Source of the DNA: Lepidodermella squamata
Taxonomy: Eukaryota > Animalia > Gastrotricha
Reading direction: 5' to 3'
Length of the DNA stretch: 64,000 nt
Assembly: GCA_047495785.1 (NCBI GenBank)
Contig: JBLDXI010000042.1
Location: forward strand, 1,426,001-1,490,000
Under the pieces are notes generated by a model that saw nothing but the letters and a program-made list of their open reading frames with translations, was not told where the DNA came from and searched no databases. The position numbers were made by a program, and so were the translations under genes. Positions 1 through 12,700 of the stretch are shown here, in pieces. The stretch's first letter is position 1. Each line of letters begins with the position of its first letter.

Positions 1-563
1 TAGTCGACGGCAGCTGCTGAGGTGATAACTCCAACCTGTTTCCATTTTCCAATGCTTTTGATGACGCGAAGGTACGCGAATATCGTGTTTTCAACCGGCA
101 ATTGAGGCCGTTGTAGTGCGATGTGCCTCTCTCGAGGTACAGTTAGAGTTATTGCTGAACAGCCCCCGGTGTAAGCAATGGAGTTGTAGGCTCTAACTAT
201 TGGCGCGTAAAATTGGCAATTCGTCGACGAGCCGAGGATAACCGGCGATAGAAAAGCATTTTCTTGTGGCTTTGATCGAAAGTTTTCAACGAAATTGACG
301 TAATTCGTTGGGATGATTTCGCTTCGAGAGCCCTCGTCGATTTCGGCGATATCGATTTCGTAATCAGGCAGCAGGTCGCTGCGTTTGTTGACCTCCTCGG
401 CAATGAGGTTGTACACGGCCGAGCATACAGGATTTTGATATATCGGCACGCTTTTACCGAGAAAAGCGATGAGTATCAGTTTGGTCTTCGAAGCATCCGT
501 CGAGTTATCTGCTAAGCCCAAGATAGGACTGCAAGATATAGCTAAAAGTATTCCAAGGAACAT
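1..563 (-). CDS. 5' part of a Venus-flytrap (ANF-receptor) domain protein, GABA-B/class C GPCR-like; runs off the left edge
   Basis: Open frame from ATG at 563, absent from the ORF track: MFLGILLAISCSPILGLA (signal peptide)...LIAEEVNKRSDLLPDYEIDI...ILGSSTNC...KWKQVGVIT. This resembles the GABA-B-type AxEDVNxRxDILPDYEL and WKKIATI motifs. Confidence 0.75.
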   Translation of the reverse strand, partial: MFLGILLAISCSPILGLADNSTDASKTKLILIAFLGKSVPIYQNPVCSAVYNLIAEEVNKRSDLLPDYEIDIAEIDEGSRSEIIPTNYVNFVENFRSKPQENAFLSPVILGSSTNCQFYAPIVRAYNSIAYTGGCSAITLTVPRERHIALQRPQLPVENTIFAYLRVIKSIGKWKQVGVITSAAAVD

Positions 564-1694
564 TGGCTATGCTATAAATTGAACCTAGATAATAGATAAG
601 TCAGGCAATTTTGAGAGGCCAATCAAGGAGTTTAAGGATTGTATACCGAGAGGGCATGGTGTGCGATCTTGGATCCTGGAGCTGGCCAGTGATGGATATT
701 TGTTTGCTGTTTTTGCCAAAAATACTAGGAATTTCAACCAAAGAACGAGCGAAGCGAGGAAATTTAGAAGATTATCCACCAAATTACGCTCGAAAACCTC
801 TAAACATTTCGGGATCGGAAAGGGGGGTGGGATGACTTCAGTTTTTTTTATTTCGTAGCCTCCCTATTGCGTCGCATGATAATGTCACAAGAGCTGAATT
901 TTCCTAATTTTTTGTGTTCTATCCGGAAATTATTACGTTTGGCGGTAATGAAAACATAAGCTTGGTCTTCGGTCGAACTGAAATTGCATTACCCTGGAAA
1001 AAGTGACAAATACTTTGAACCTACTTTTTGATTAGTGAATGATAGCATCTAGTCTGCATATACTCTACAAGGAATTGATTTAAAAAGCGATCCTGAGACT
1101 TGTTTCAAAGGAATCATTAGCATAATTGAAGGAGTAAATTATCGATAATTGCCGCCGCATCCGAAAGTTGATCTTTTAATTATCGAAGTCACACTTAAAA
1201 AACGCGATCTTTCATTAACGGACAAATCAGGAAAAAGCTGACTGTAAAAGCTGCAGCAACCAGGGTTACTAACTAGGAGCAACTAGGGTCCTGAGTCTGT
1301 GTATGGCTTTTTTTGGTTCAGTCTTCACCGAAATGACTTTGGAAGCTTGGAGCTAGGACTGCTCACTCAGCCTGCTCTGTTTTGCGGAGAGAGAAATGGT
1401 TCCGAGTTTCGAGGTAAGCTTTATCTTAAACCGTCTGAACTTAGAAATTCGGCAGAACTTGTTTTTCTGATTGGAAATTTTTTAGTTTGAACTCATGAAA
1501 CAATGCAGCGCTCTAGTAAATCAATGCCATGAACAACAGGATCTGATCACGATTTTATTTCCCCCAAGGTATCCTATCCTATCCTTCACTTGACTTATCA
1601 ATGATACTCATCTCTTTCTCTCCTAGACGCTTTATCGGATCTCATCTCAGCAATTCACGGCTCGTCATCTTCATCCCTGCATGGGGTGTAGTGT

Positions 1695-2381
1695 TTACGT
1701 GGCTTTGTAGCTGCTGAACGTTGAGGAGGCTGGCATGGGCTTCATGAAAGGACACAATCTCGGATACAAAATGCAGTTCCGACCATTCGTGTCGTGTAAG
1801 AAGTGATAGCAACCAGCGGTGCCCAGGCACATTCCAGCACACGCTTCGGCGGTTGGAAGGTTACCGAAAATCCGAATAACAGATCCATCGCACTGAGTGC
1901 TAATTTTGGTAAAGGATTTCAAATAGTTGGCTATGAGAAAAGAGGCAACAGGAAAATTAGACAAAAGAAAAGAAGACTTATTGAATTTTTACTTGGTTGG
2001 CTGACAACCGCTACAGCACTCAGTGGATGTTGTGTGTACTTAGCGATGTAGCTGCTGATTGTCGAGGAGGCTGTCAGAGGCATCTGCAAAGTGCATCTCG
2101 AATACATTATGCAGTTCCGAGCTTTCGCGTCATGCGAGAAGAAATAGCAACCGACGGTGCCCATGCACACGCTAGCACACGTTTCGGGGGTTGACAGGCC
2201 GCCAAGAATCTGAATATAGGACTGAAAGCAGCGAGTGTTAACCTTGGTGAATGATGCCAACGGGCTAGCTGTGAAGGATAGTCAGCATTAGATGCGATCA
2301 TATTCACTCGAAATTGAACAAACTTAGTGCCCGCGCCGAAACCGAGAGAGCTACGACAGACAATGCTAGCTGGTAGGTCAT
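1695..2381 (-). CDS. Small secreted protein with two tandem PAN/apple-like domains (3 exons)
   Basis: ATG 2381 gives MTYQLALSVVALSVSARA. GT-AG introns 2269-2323 and 1931-1992 (both phase 1) join in frame. Two units CxxxCxxxxxCxxFxHDxxxxNCIxY (ETCASVCMGTVGCYFFSH; EACAGMCLGTAGCYHFLH). Confidence 0.75.
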
Positions 2382-3531
2382 TATTCCGACCGAAGAATAC
2401 AATTCAACTGTTATGTAGAGATCAACGCTTAAAATGAATTTCAACAATTTTTCGAGCGCTTTTATTCAAATGCATTTGCGACGAAACAAGCTCATGTATT
2501 TGAACACCTGCAGCATCGTCAATTCTTTCGCCACCCTCGCGCATTCGCCGCGATAAGCTTATCGGAACTGGTGAACTGTTAAAGCAGCTGAAAAATCGAA
2601 ATAGTAAGATGATTTATTTACTTCTTTTCTTCTACAATGCTTTCCCCTTAGACAACAATCACTCTGAAAAAGACAGAAATAAGGCAAGGTTCCAGTAGGA
2701 TTGAGGTTAAAGCAGCATGTGTTTAAAGGATTTTGTACGCAACCAATTCGATTCGACATGACCACTAACAGCTAACAGGTGAAAAGTCGGGTTTCGAGTA
2801 CTTTCTGTGTTTTCCAGATAATGACAAAAAGTGTGTAGACGTGAAGAGGACCAAGGAAGATTCTTGGACTCTCAGATTCCTCCACTCGACTCAGTTATTC
2901 TTGAGGATTTTGAATTGTCGAAATTCAACACTCTAGCAGGCTCATATCCACCTTAACGACGGGAGACCTCAAGTGTCGCCGATATCGACTGAGGTTGTCG
3001 TGGAAGCTCCAGGAAGCTTGCATCCATAGGAAATGGTGCTATATAGCTAGATTGGTCCAACAATTGCTCGCAAGAAAATAAAATCGAAATTCGTGGCGCG
3101 ACGAATTATCATTTGATGTAATAAAAATTTAATTTTCCAAGCGCGCATTTTATGAAATTAGCAATTTTCGCAAGTTTTAAGCTCATTTTCTGAATAAACA
3201 TGATGACGATCTATTTGTTTCTGATATCGTTTATTAATTCCTCATTCATTTTCTTCAAAATATCCAATCGATTGGAATTACATTGAATTATTTTGAAAAT
3301 ATTCGGATTTTAATATCCTGATTCCTCTCCCCTAATCGAAGATCGAAGAAATTCTATTGCAAAACTTGAATACGCCGGGTTACGGGTTGCATATCTTGGA
3401 TATGGCTAACTAGTCTAATCAACGTCGCGCCGTAGTGCCTAGTCATCGCAAGCCCTTCAATAACCAGCTATATCTGGTTGTCCGAATCTTTAATCCCTAA
3501 ATATGGGGGGAGCGTCCGGGGGAATCCTCTC

Positions 3532-4452
3532 TCACATCGCTGTTCTTAGGATTCGGATAATGTCGTGTCGTTCATCGTGATTCCTTCTAGACTTATCCAG
3601 AGGATCTCTAGCCAAATCAAGAGCAGTTTTTCCATGCCTGTTCTCCAAGTTTGCGTCGGCATTGAATACGCTGACAAGAAGATCAACAACATCCAGTTGT
3701 GTCCAATAGGCAGCCGCCATCAGTGGTGTCTCTCCCTCATTATCAACCGCATCGACGTCGGCATTGAAGGAATCCGCCAGCAGTTCTACGACTCCATCTT
3801 TGCCACTCTCAGCAGCTTTGTGCAATGGTGTTTCACCTCTCCTATTAGCCGCATCGACGTCGGCATTGAATGAACCCGCTAGCAGTTCTACGACTTCATC
3901 TTTGCCACTCTCGGAAGCTTTGTGCAATGGCGTCTCTCCCTCATTATCAACCGCATTGACGTCAGCATGGAACTTGCGAACCAACAGCTCTACCATGTGA
4001 GCTTTGCCACTGTCGGCCGCCCAGTGCAACGGCGTCTCGCCATCTTCATCTTCAGCGTTGACATCTCCGGTGAATTCGCCCAGCAGAACTTCGATTACTT
4101 CAACACGGCCTTTGTCAGCCGCCAAGTGTATTGGCATCCAGCCATTGTTTCCCCTCACGTCGACGTCGGCATTGAACTCGCCGACCAGCAGTCTCACGAC
4201 GTTAGCTCTGCCTTTATCAGCGGCTTTGTGCAATGGCGTCTCGCCATCACTATCTCTCGCATTGACGTTGGCTCCAAACGTTCCAGCCAGCAGGTCAACC
4301 ATTTCATCATGGCCTTTCGAAGCCGCAACGTGAAGGGCTGTTCTTTCGTCATCCCAATATAAGCCATTAACATCAAGCCCCAATCGGTCTTTGTTGTACA
4401 GCAGTTGAGCCATCCTCGTTACATCATTTTTACGCGCGCATCGCACAAATTC
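3532..4452 (-). CDS. Ankyrin-repeat exon (about 8-9 repeats of 34 aa), intact
   Basis: Repeated GETPLHxAAxxGKxxVVELLxxxFxADVxAxD. Acceptor AG at 4453-4454, stop at 3532. Confidence 0.9.
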   Translation of the reverse strand, partial: EFVRCARKNDVTRMAQLLYNKDRLGLDVNGLYWDDERTALHVAASKGHDEMVDLLAGTFGANVNARDSDGETPLHKAADKGRANVVRLLVGEFNADVDVRGNNGWMPIHLAADKGRVEVIEVLLGEFTGDVNAEDEDGETPLHWAADSGKAHMVELLVRKFHADVNAVDNEGETPLHKASESGKDEVVELLAGSFNADVDAANRRGETPLHKAAESGKDGVVELLADSFNADVDAVDNEGETPLMAAAYWTQLDVVDLLVSVFNADANLENRHGKTALDLARDPLDKSRRNHDERHDIIRILRTAM

Positions 4453-5197
4453 CTGTTTCAATTTTCACATCGGAAAACGGATATACAAATTATCTCTCTA
4501 CGAAAAAGACCAACCTTGATAGCATCCCTTTGCCTTCTCGGGAGATCGAACGCCTAAAATAAGTTCAATGAATATAAACAGGATCTAACAGCCTATGAAA
4601 AGCTCTACCGGCATCGGATGCATTGGCAAAATGTGCCGCGGTACTTCCTCCCTCACTCTATGCGGAATCACAAGTGTTGGTTGTTCCAGGCTTAAATATC
4701 TATGATTCATCGCTTGATCAATGGTCGGCCGGCTGCCGCTCTCTTTGTTTAACAGTGACATGATGAAGTCGCGGCATTCGGCTGAGTAGCCTCGAGAATC
4801 GTCAAATGGCCGCGGAGGATTTCTGTAGGGTAAAAGCAAGCCATCATATGAGAAAATTGAGTTAAGATTATGTCGTAAATTGGTCGACAGACTCAATATT
4901 AAGGAATCAGAATCAAAATGGAAGCTTTAGAGCCCTTGACTTACCTGAGAATGTTCAGACTAACAATCGCCTGAGTTTCTCCGTTGAACTGAAGCGAAAT
5001 CAGAATATACAAAATGGTGGGAAAATTTGTCGGTTTTCAACTACTCTTACCGGTCTCACAACATGTCACAAGGCGGCTGATAATTATTAGTAGTGAGGTA
5101 TTCCGGAGCTGCATAATCCATAGTAGCAACAGTGAACGATTTGTAAAATGTTGCAGTCCTGTTCATAAATGAGTGCGAACGTAGAATTTCGAAGATA

Positions 5198-7680
5198 ATA
5201 ATATAATAATAATGTTTTTATTTATCCTCTTCGGGACTGAGCGTCGTGTACCGTTTCCGGTTTTGAAGAGGGCGAAGGCAGGCGAAGAATGATCCTCACC
5301 CACCCCCACAGTCGAGGATTCTGCTTTTTGTATAGAATTCGTAATTTTCAATCGAGTTAACAACCATGCGCCATTCATCTTTTTCAAAAGAAACCGATTC
5401 CGCTAGTTGGACATCGGGAATAATTTTGATCTCAAAATCCTTTTCGCCGGGATTTTTTCTATTTTCTCGTTTCTTAGTGGCTTTATTTTTCTTATCCTTG
5501 ACCTTATTGTTCTTATTGGTTTTCTTTTTCCGGCGAATTTCCTTAGTAAGACCTACTTTAATTAGGCTTCTATGCACTCCGTTGATCCATCTGGTTCGAG
5601 GTCTACCTCTGGGTGCAAACCACCCAAGCGGAGGCGTCCAAATATATATTTTGTGTATTAGTCCTTCTACGTCATAGTCACGTGACCTAATTATGTGCCC
5701 TAGATACCTTAGCCTTTGTTTTTCAACAATGCGGCTCACTTCAATGAGACCTCCGCATAACGCAAGTCGAATGTCTATATTTGGAATATAGTCCATTAGG
5801 TGGACACCTACTATAGATCGAAGCCATCGATATTCTATAGTGTTTAGTCTATTTTCTTGGGCTATCGATATGTTCCACGATTCGCAGGCGTAAATGATGG
5901 TAGGTATTATAACACATGTCAGTACCTTAAGTTTTGTAGCTATGGAAACCTGACTTTTGTTGCACATGAATTTATTCATGGCTCCGAAAACACTGCCTGC
6001 CTTAGAAATTCTGTAGTTTAGTTCCTCATCGATTTTGCCGTCACTGGTAATAATGCTCCCTAAATATTTAAATTTGGTCACTTTTTCAAGTTTTTTCCCG
6101 TTCAATTCCAATTCGTAATTTTGAGTGGCTGACTCGTCTCTAGAAATAATCATATATTGAGTTTTTGCCGCGTTAATTTTCAGACCCAATTCGGTGCAAG
6201 CCAAATCGAAAATGTGAAGTAGTCGTGAAATTTCGTCGTGGTTCATGCCTAAAAGTGTTCCGTCGTCAGCAAACGCTAGTAAATTTAGGAAATCAGTCTC
6301 GCTCATAGCGGTCTCGCTGTTTGCGGTCTCGCTAATAGGAAAGCCTAATTTTTCAGCAGATATTTTTTCGCAAATTTTGTTGAAGGTCGCTATGAATAGC
6401 AAAGGAGACAACGGGCAACCCTGTCTTAGTCCCCTGGTAACATAGAAGAAATCTGAGAGCTCAGAATCGACTCTAACAGCAACTTTATTTACTTTATATA
6501 GACTTTGAATAGCTTCAATTAAGCTGGGTTCTACACCCATATTTTGGAGGGCGGCCCATACTTTTTCCCTGTCCACCAGATCATAGGCTTTTTCGAGATC
6601 GATGAAGACTAGGTGGAGTTCCTTCTTAAAGAATATAATTTTCTCAATAATTTTTCGGAGAACGTAAATGCAGTCTCTGGTGCCCTTGAGGGGTTGAAAA
6701 CCAAATTGCAGTTTAGAAATTTTTGACCCAATTAATGCTCTCAATTTTCGTTCGAGAATAATGGCATAGAGTTTTCCTACAACACTTAAGAGGCTGATGC
6801 CTCTGTAATTTTGGCATTTTGATTTCTCACCTTTATTTTTATAAATTGGGGTAATTATAGCCGTTGACCATTCTTCTGGGACCCTCTTATCTATCCAAGC
6901 TCGATTCAAAATTTCCCTGAGCCATTCAATATTGGCCTCGCTCAGAGCTTTGATCATTTCGGGTCTTACTTCATCTATACCCGGGGCTTTACCGTTTTTC
7001 ATGTGGTCGATGGCATTTTTAATTTCGGTGAGAGTAATTTCCGTTAAATTTGGATTTTTATCTAATAGAATTTCATCGTCGGGGTTATTGGGTTCCTTTT
7101 CAAGTCCTTGTAGAAGATCAATGAAATACTTTTTCATAACTTCTAATATTTCGTCAATTCCGCTGGTAAGTGAGCCGTCTTCTTTTTCAAGAGGATTGGG
7201 TTCGCTTTTCTCTCTATTTTCTCCCCTCAATTTTTTTATTTCCAGCCAGAATTTTTTGATATTATCATAATCAGTCGGATTTTCAAGTAATTTGTCCAAT
7301 TCAGAAAATTCAGTTTGATCCTTAATAATTTTCAAGCGTTCAAGGGCCTGATTTTTCTCATTTCTAGCTATTGTATAATTCTCTCGGTCTATGTGGCCCT
7401 TGGTGTAGTTTTTAAAATTTTCTTTACCTTTTTGAATGATTTTGTTGGCTAATGGTGTCCACCAGAGCGGTTTTTCGCTAATTTTGCCTACTTTTCGTTC
7501 ACCGCAGGAGGATCTGGCAGCACCCAGTAGGTTAGATTTAGTGTTCACCCACTTCTCTTCTATTGAGACAGGGTTTTCGTTTTCATTTGCGATGTTGCTA
7601 GCTAAAATTTCATTAAACTTGGAACTGTTTTCCTCATTCCTAAGCAAATGATGTTTAATTGATTTTTTAATGTCAACCTT
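5198..7680 (-). mobile_element. 5'-truncated RTE-like non-LTR retrotransposon with intact reverse transcriptase ORF
   Basis: ORF 5296-7647 contains KAPGID, NYRGISLL, QFGF, FIDLEKAYD, GLRQGCPLSPLLF, FADD, FKYLGS, RLRYLGHI and RGRPRTRW. It has an (ATT)n-like tail and an 11-bp TSD tttcgaagata at 5187-5197 and 7681-7691. Removing it restores a 62-nt kinase intron. Confidence 0.95.
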
Positions 7681-9189
7681 TTTCGAAGATAGTCAAGTTA
7701 TTTCAATTATTCACTCATTCAAGTCCTTGGCGATTCCGAAATCGCCGAGTTTGACCACTGTCCCATCGCGGATCGCGGCTCAGAAATATGTTTTTCGGCT
7801 TAATGTCTCGTTGGACAATGCCGTTGTCGTGCAGGAGCTTAAGCGCAGACGCTAGTTGTCTTGCCCATGATTGAAGTTGGGCTTCGCTGATTATTTCGCA
7901 ACCACGTCCAATTCGACTGCTCAGATCGCCACCTCCGCAGTGCTCCATGACCAAATAGTACATTTGGCATCCCTGTTTCAAACTCTCCTCTCCATAGTAA
8001 GGCTCTAAATTATGCCGAAACAAAAGAGATCAAGTCAATGGCAAAGAAATCAATTTACCCTGAAAAGCCCCAAATAACGACACGATGTTAGGGTGCCGTA
8101 GTCTGGCCAACTTTGAGTGCTTCACAGTATGAGAAAAAATCATTTTTTTCCTGAAGAATTACTTGATATACTACCTCGTCGGCGCTGTTTTTGACTATCT
8201 TTCTAGCTTGGCTATTGTTACCGAAACCCTCTTCCAATCGAGTCAGATTCACCTCTTTGACAACAACGTTCTTGCCGTTTGATACCATTCGGCACAAGTA
8301 GACCGTGGCAAAGCCACCATGGCCTAACGTTTTCAGCATTTCGAAATCTCGTGCTAATCTGAGCATCTCCCTCGCGTAGAAGCTTGAAAAAGTGTTCCAA
8401 TACAGCAAAACTGCCTGTATTATATGTCGATGTTTCCAGATAGGCTGCCTTGTCGCCTGGGAATTTATTTAAAATGAATCAGCAATTCCACCGGAGCGCA
8501 GAGATAACAATAAATGCCAGAAGGAAATGACTATTTTTGTGAGCCACTTTGAGCTCTGCGCCTGTTAAGTTGATGACAATTCCTCAACATTTTATCAATT
8601 TTATCAATTACTTGGAAATGACTTATCTAGAGTATTATTTCTCTTATCTAGATGCAAAATATGAACAAATCCAAATAAAGTTCGCACGATAAGGTCAGCG
8701 TTGAGACATGCGCGATACGAATTGTCCAAATTGTTGGCTGAACCCTCGGAATAATTGAGGCATCTATTTACATCGGCATTTCTCAAACTGTGTCTTATAC
8801 TCGTGAACTATGCCAACTGCCATCCTGATGGTCCTGTACGACACACTTGTGTCCTATAAGCCACAAAATTGCAACATGACAATAATAATTCCACACTATG
8901 AATCAAGGCATTTTAGGACCATTTTCAGACTCAAAACCGTCAGCTAAAGCTCGCTTCCCTCGTGAGTTGCCTATTTATGAAGTATGAACGTTCCTGATTA
9001 AAAGAGGCAGAGCTGGAACACTTGCAAAATTTCCTGCGAACTAATTTTCTAATTTTCTAACATTTCCTAGCCAAAAATGACTCTTTCCAAGCAAAATTAT
9101 GCAATTTCTGCATGCGGAATTTATAAAGCGCAGCACAGATATGTGAAATTTTCGTTCGGGTCGGTATTATACCCTGATATTGATATGTT

Positions 9190-9400
9190 GAAGCCGAATT
9201 TTCTTGGCCAAAGGGACCCGGAACTTGCGCTGCTGCCGTTTCAGCAGTTTGAGCATTAGCTCTTGGGTTGATGACGTCATTCAAATCGGAGACGAGAGGC
9301 TACGTGGCGATGCTCGGAGTTGGCAGGCTGTTGGAAGCAGCTATTTTGGCCTGCGTGAACTTATACGCACCTTTCACGAAGGGTCCACGAAGGATTGCTT
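9190..9400 (-). pseudogene. Decayed fragment of a LamG exon from the cluster family
   Basis: PSIAT*PLVSDLNDVINPRANAQ...VPGPFG matches PSIATWPLVSDLNDVINPRADAQ of gene C, with TGG changed to TAG and frameshifts. Confidence 0.8.
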
Positions 9401-9702
9401 CGAATTTCAATTTGGAACAACTTAGGAAACGAGTGAGCGATCATATGGTTCACAAAATTCATATATATTTCATATTTGTAGAGCCGGAATGATTCAATAA
9501 TTAAGTGCACTTTTTATTCAAAGAAAATACCTGAGAAAGAACTAGCCAGAAGTCGAATTTAAAATCGAAATATATCTTATTTCTTGATTTTACCGCGCAA
9601 GGTAATTCAGCATAGGTGAACATACCAATACCACAAATAAACTAATTAACATAGGTGTATTATGATGTCTGCATCAATGAATTAACGTTGCAGCTTCTCG
9701 AG

Positions 9703-12700
9703 TTACTTGAGCGCTGGAATCGAGTAAAAAGCACAGTTGATTTCCAGTATCAACATTTCATCGACAGTCAAAGCGCGATCAAACACGTTCAGGCAAGCAA
9801 TGCTACCCATCAAAGGAGTATTCGGAGTATCCCAAGATCTAAGATAAATTCAAAACAAAATTGGGAAAACAGGGGCGAAATTGAAATTTACCCAGCCAAA
9901 CGGAGCGACCCATTTTGAGTAATAGGTCGCGAAGAAGTTGTCGATCCGCCAATGTAGTCGCAGTAGAAACTCAACGTGCTCATCTTGTACGAAATCACAA
10001 GGAAATGCCAATCAATACCTTGCTGACACGTTACCGATTGTTCTATTGACTGAGATATCCTAACAACGAAATTCAACGTCGGATTTGAAATAACTTTGAG
10101 GCCCTGCGCCTGCCCAACTGGAGAAAATTCAAAAATAGTTCTGTTTGGCTGCTCCCCATTTGTCGCAAAGAAGGCAATGGTGAAACTCCCGTTGCTCAAT
10201 TTGATCTTATCAGCTGTCACTGCGATAGGCTCCGTGGTGTTGAAGTAAAACGCCGTGTTATCCACCCCGAACGGGCCGGGGACGAGCGGAAAATCGGCAT
10301 TTGACGCCTGAGCATCAGCATGCGGGTTGATCAAATCCTTTAAATCGGAGACAAGAGGCCACAAAGCAATACGGGAAGACATTGATGCAATTTCTTTCAA
10401 GCTGGGTGACAATATTTGATTTGCATGAATCTGCAGGCACCTTTTACGAAGTATCCACAGCTGTTGAATGGTGAGCGCGCGTTTGAAAATTGATAGGCAA
10501 GACATGAGACCAGAATATGAAGTGGAGCTGGCAGAGTTGTGACCGATCTCTAATATCCCGCTAGTAGCGACTTGCATGACCATTCGTATAGACTTTCTGT
10601 CACATAAAGCGGTTACTTCCTGAGTTGCCTTGTCATAGATTACGGCAAGAAAGACCCAGCTTAAATATGGCCTTCGGCAAGGAAATGTCAAAAAGATCGA
10701 TCCTGTTAAGTAGGCAAATAAATATACATTATTCTCTACATTATTCTCTTATAGTAGACCGCTTAATCACGAGAAACGAGAACAACAAAAATGTGCTACT
10801 CCCGTGTTACGGTCCACATTTCGATAATTGGAGCGAGCTCGGGTGATTTTTTACTGACTTTCCAGACATTTTACAAAACAAATCTGAATCTCCAGCTATG
10901 CAAATACTGAATGTTTCGACCTAGTATATTTGACAACATGTCCGCCGCACACCCAGATGGTTTAGCGGGAAAAGATCGTGTTTCGTGTTTCAATAAATGC
11001 GAAATACGCATGCCATGTTGCGAAAATTCCGAGAAAATCATCTCAATCTTAAATCTTAAATCTTAAAATGAGCTCTGTATGAGCTCGACCTAAACTCAAC
11101 AGGCTATAAGTTACACATATCACATTAAAAAAAACTCAGTGATTACCGAGCTAAAATGGCGACTCGGTGATAACCAATTTACATGTTAATTGATTCCCGG
11201 CAAAACTGAGCGTGCACCAGGAGGTGATTACCGATTTTTTTCAGCGACGAAATCGGTGAAACCCAACCGAAAAATAGGTGAAAACCGACTTTAAAGTACA
11301 TTTTTACCGATTTTCTGCCAGGTTATAACCGAGGGATTCAAAACAAGCTCCGTCATAAAAATGCAATATGAAGAAGGATATGAACTTGTAACCCTACTTA
11401 AGGTCCCAGGTGCCGGTAACCATTGCAGATCGACTTCTAACATGTTTGAAAGAATCGAAGACAAATAGCTTGATGTTGAGTTGTGTCGTCGGTTGGAGTC
11501 GAACCCGGGTCGCCTTGCCAAAGAGGTGGACGCGCTACCACTAGACCAGCTGGTCACGCTTATTCAGTAAGGGTTAATAGGGGTATATAAGTCTATTTTA
11601 ATTCATTTTTGACTCAAGTGTAAGGAAAATAGGTAGGGCGATTTGCTCTCAGAGCACATGGAAAGAGGTGCACATTTCCAAATCCCACCTCGAAACGTGC
11701 CAGGGTAAAATTCAAAAATTCCGCTTTTTCCTTCTTCACTCAAATTTAATAAAATAGACGTATGGTTACTTTTCCGCTTTTTAAATTCAGCTATTACATT
11801 TCCGCCGATTTTTTTTCCGCTATGATCATTTCCGCCTAATGTCTTTTCCGCTACACTTCCGCCAGTGATATTTCCGCCAATCAGCTTTCCGCCGAAGTTG
11901 ATTTCCGCCAACAACATTTCCGCTATATTGCACTTCCGCTTTTTTGGTCTCACGTCAACTATAAAAATCTCAAAACCGAGACGAATAGAAAATTGAGGAC
12001 AGCTGAAGCGTTAATTAGGCATTTCGAACTAACACGTTTAGCTAAAAGCAAGATAATTTCCCTTAGTTTTAATTCACATGATATATAAGATACGATCGAA
12101 ATTCACTCGAATCATTACACTAATCTGAAGGAAGTTCAAATCTTACATTACTGGTCAATCTGTTGTATTGGCACTTCAGCCTTTTGCGCCGTTGCTAACC
12201 TACTCGCAGCCGCTGAACGGTTTCACGACGAAAGGGAAACCTCTAAAGTTAAATTCTCAACACGTTTTTTTCCTTGTTGAAAACCTTACCTTTCAGTGAC
12301 TTGTTTGTTGCAATGATTGGCGGAAAGATTGGAGGCAGAAAACGTGCATAGCGGAACTGCCAGTTGGCGGAACTCTTGATAGCGGAAGTGTGTTTTAGCG
12401 GAAATGTGTATGGCGGAACTCGTATTGCAGCGGAAATGAACGTATGGCAAGTTAGGATGATCACCTCCTAGTTCACCCCGCCCTAGGATGGGGGAAGAAG
12501 ATCTTTTGAGACCAACAGGGCGAAGTTGTTCTCTCTAAAAGATCATTCCATTACTAAATCAAGTGTGGAGAATCCAAAAATCAATATTAGAAGCTTCCAG
12601 CTATTACGGTAAGAGATCGAGCACGTTCACCAAGATGACTCAAGATTTCCCCTATGGGGATACCAAGGCGCCAGAGGGGCAAAAATTCGATTTTTTTGAC

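Larger units (their letters stand above)
3532..8366 (-). pseudogene. Ser/Thr kinase (NEK/CAMK-like) fused to ankyrin repeats; kinase half disrupted
   Basis: Exons give LGHGGFATVY, VVVKEV, LRHPNIV, LVMEHCGGGDL, QRDIKPKNIFL, KLGDFGIAK, DYAAPE and RPTIDQAMNHRYL, then splice to the ankyrin exon at 4452. Lesions: a 7-bp duplication at 7765-7778 (frameshift), a stop/deletion after PPCDM near 5065, and a LINE in an intron. Confidence 0.8.

Noticed and set aside
3565-4362. Plus-strand ORFs over the ankyrin exon
   Set aside because: Antisense shadows of a repetitive, GC-richer coding exon.
11483-11559. Functional tRNA gene
   Set aside because: A and B boxes are present but the acceptor and T stems do not pair; the same applies to 52744-52808.
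11603-11953. 116-aa ORF with GGN/AE repeats
   Set aside because: Translation of the GCGGAA subterminal repeats of a MITE.
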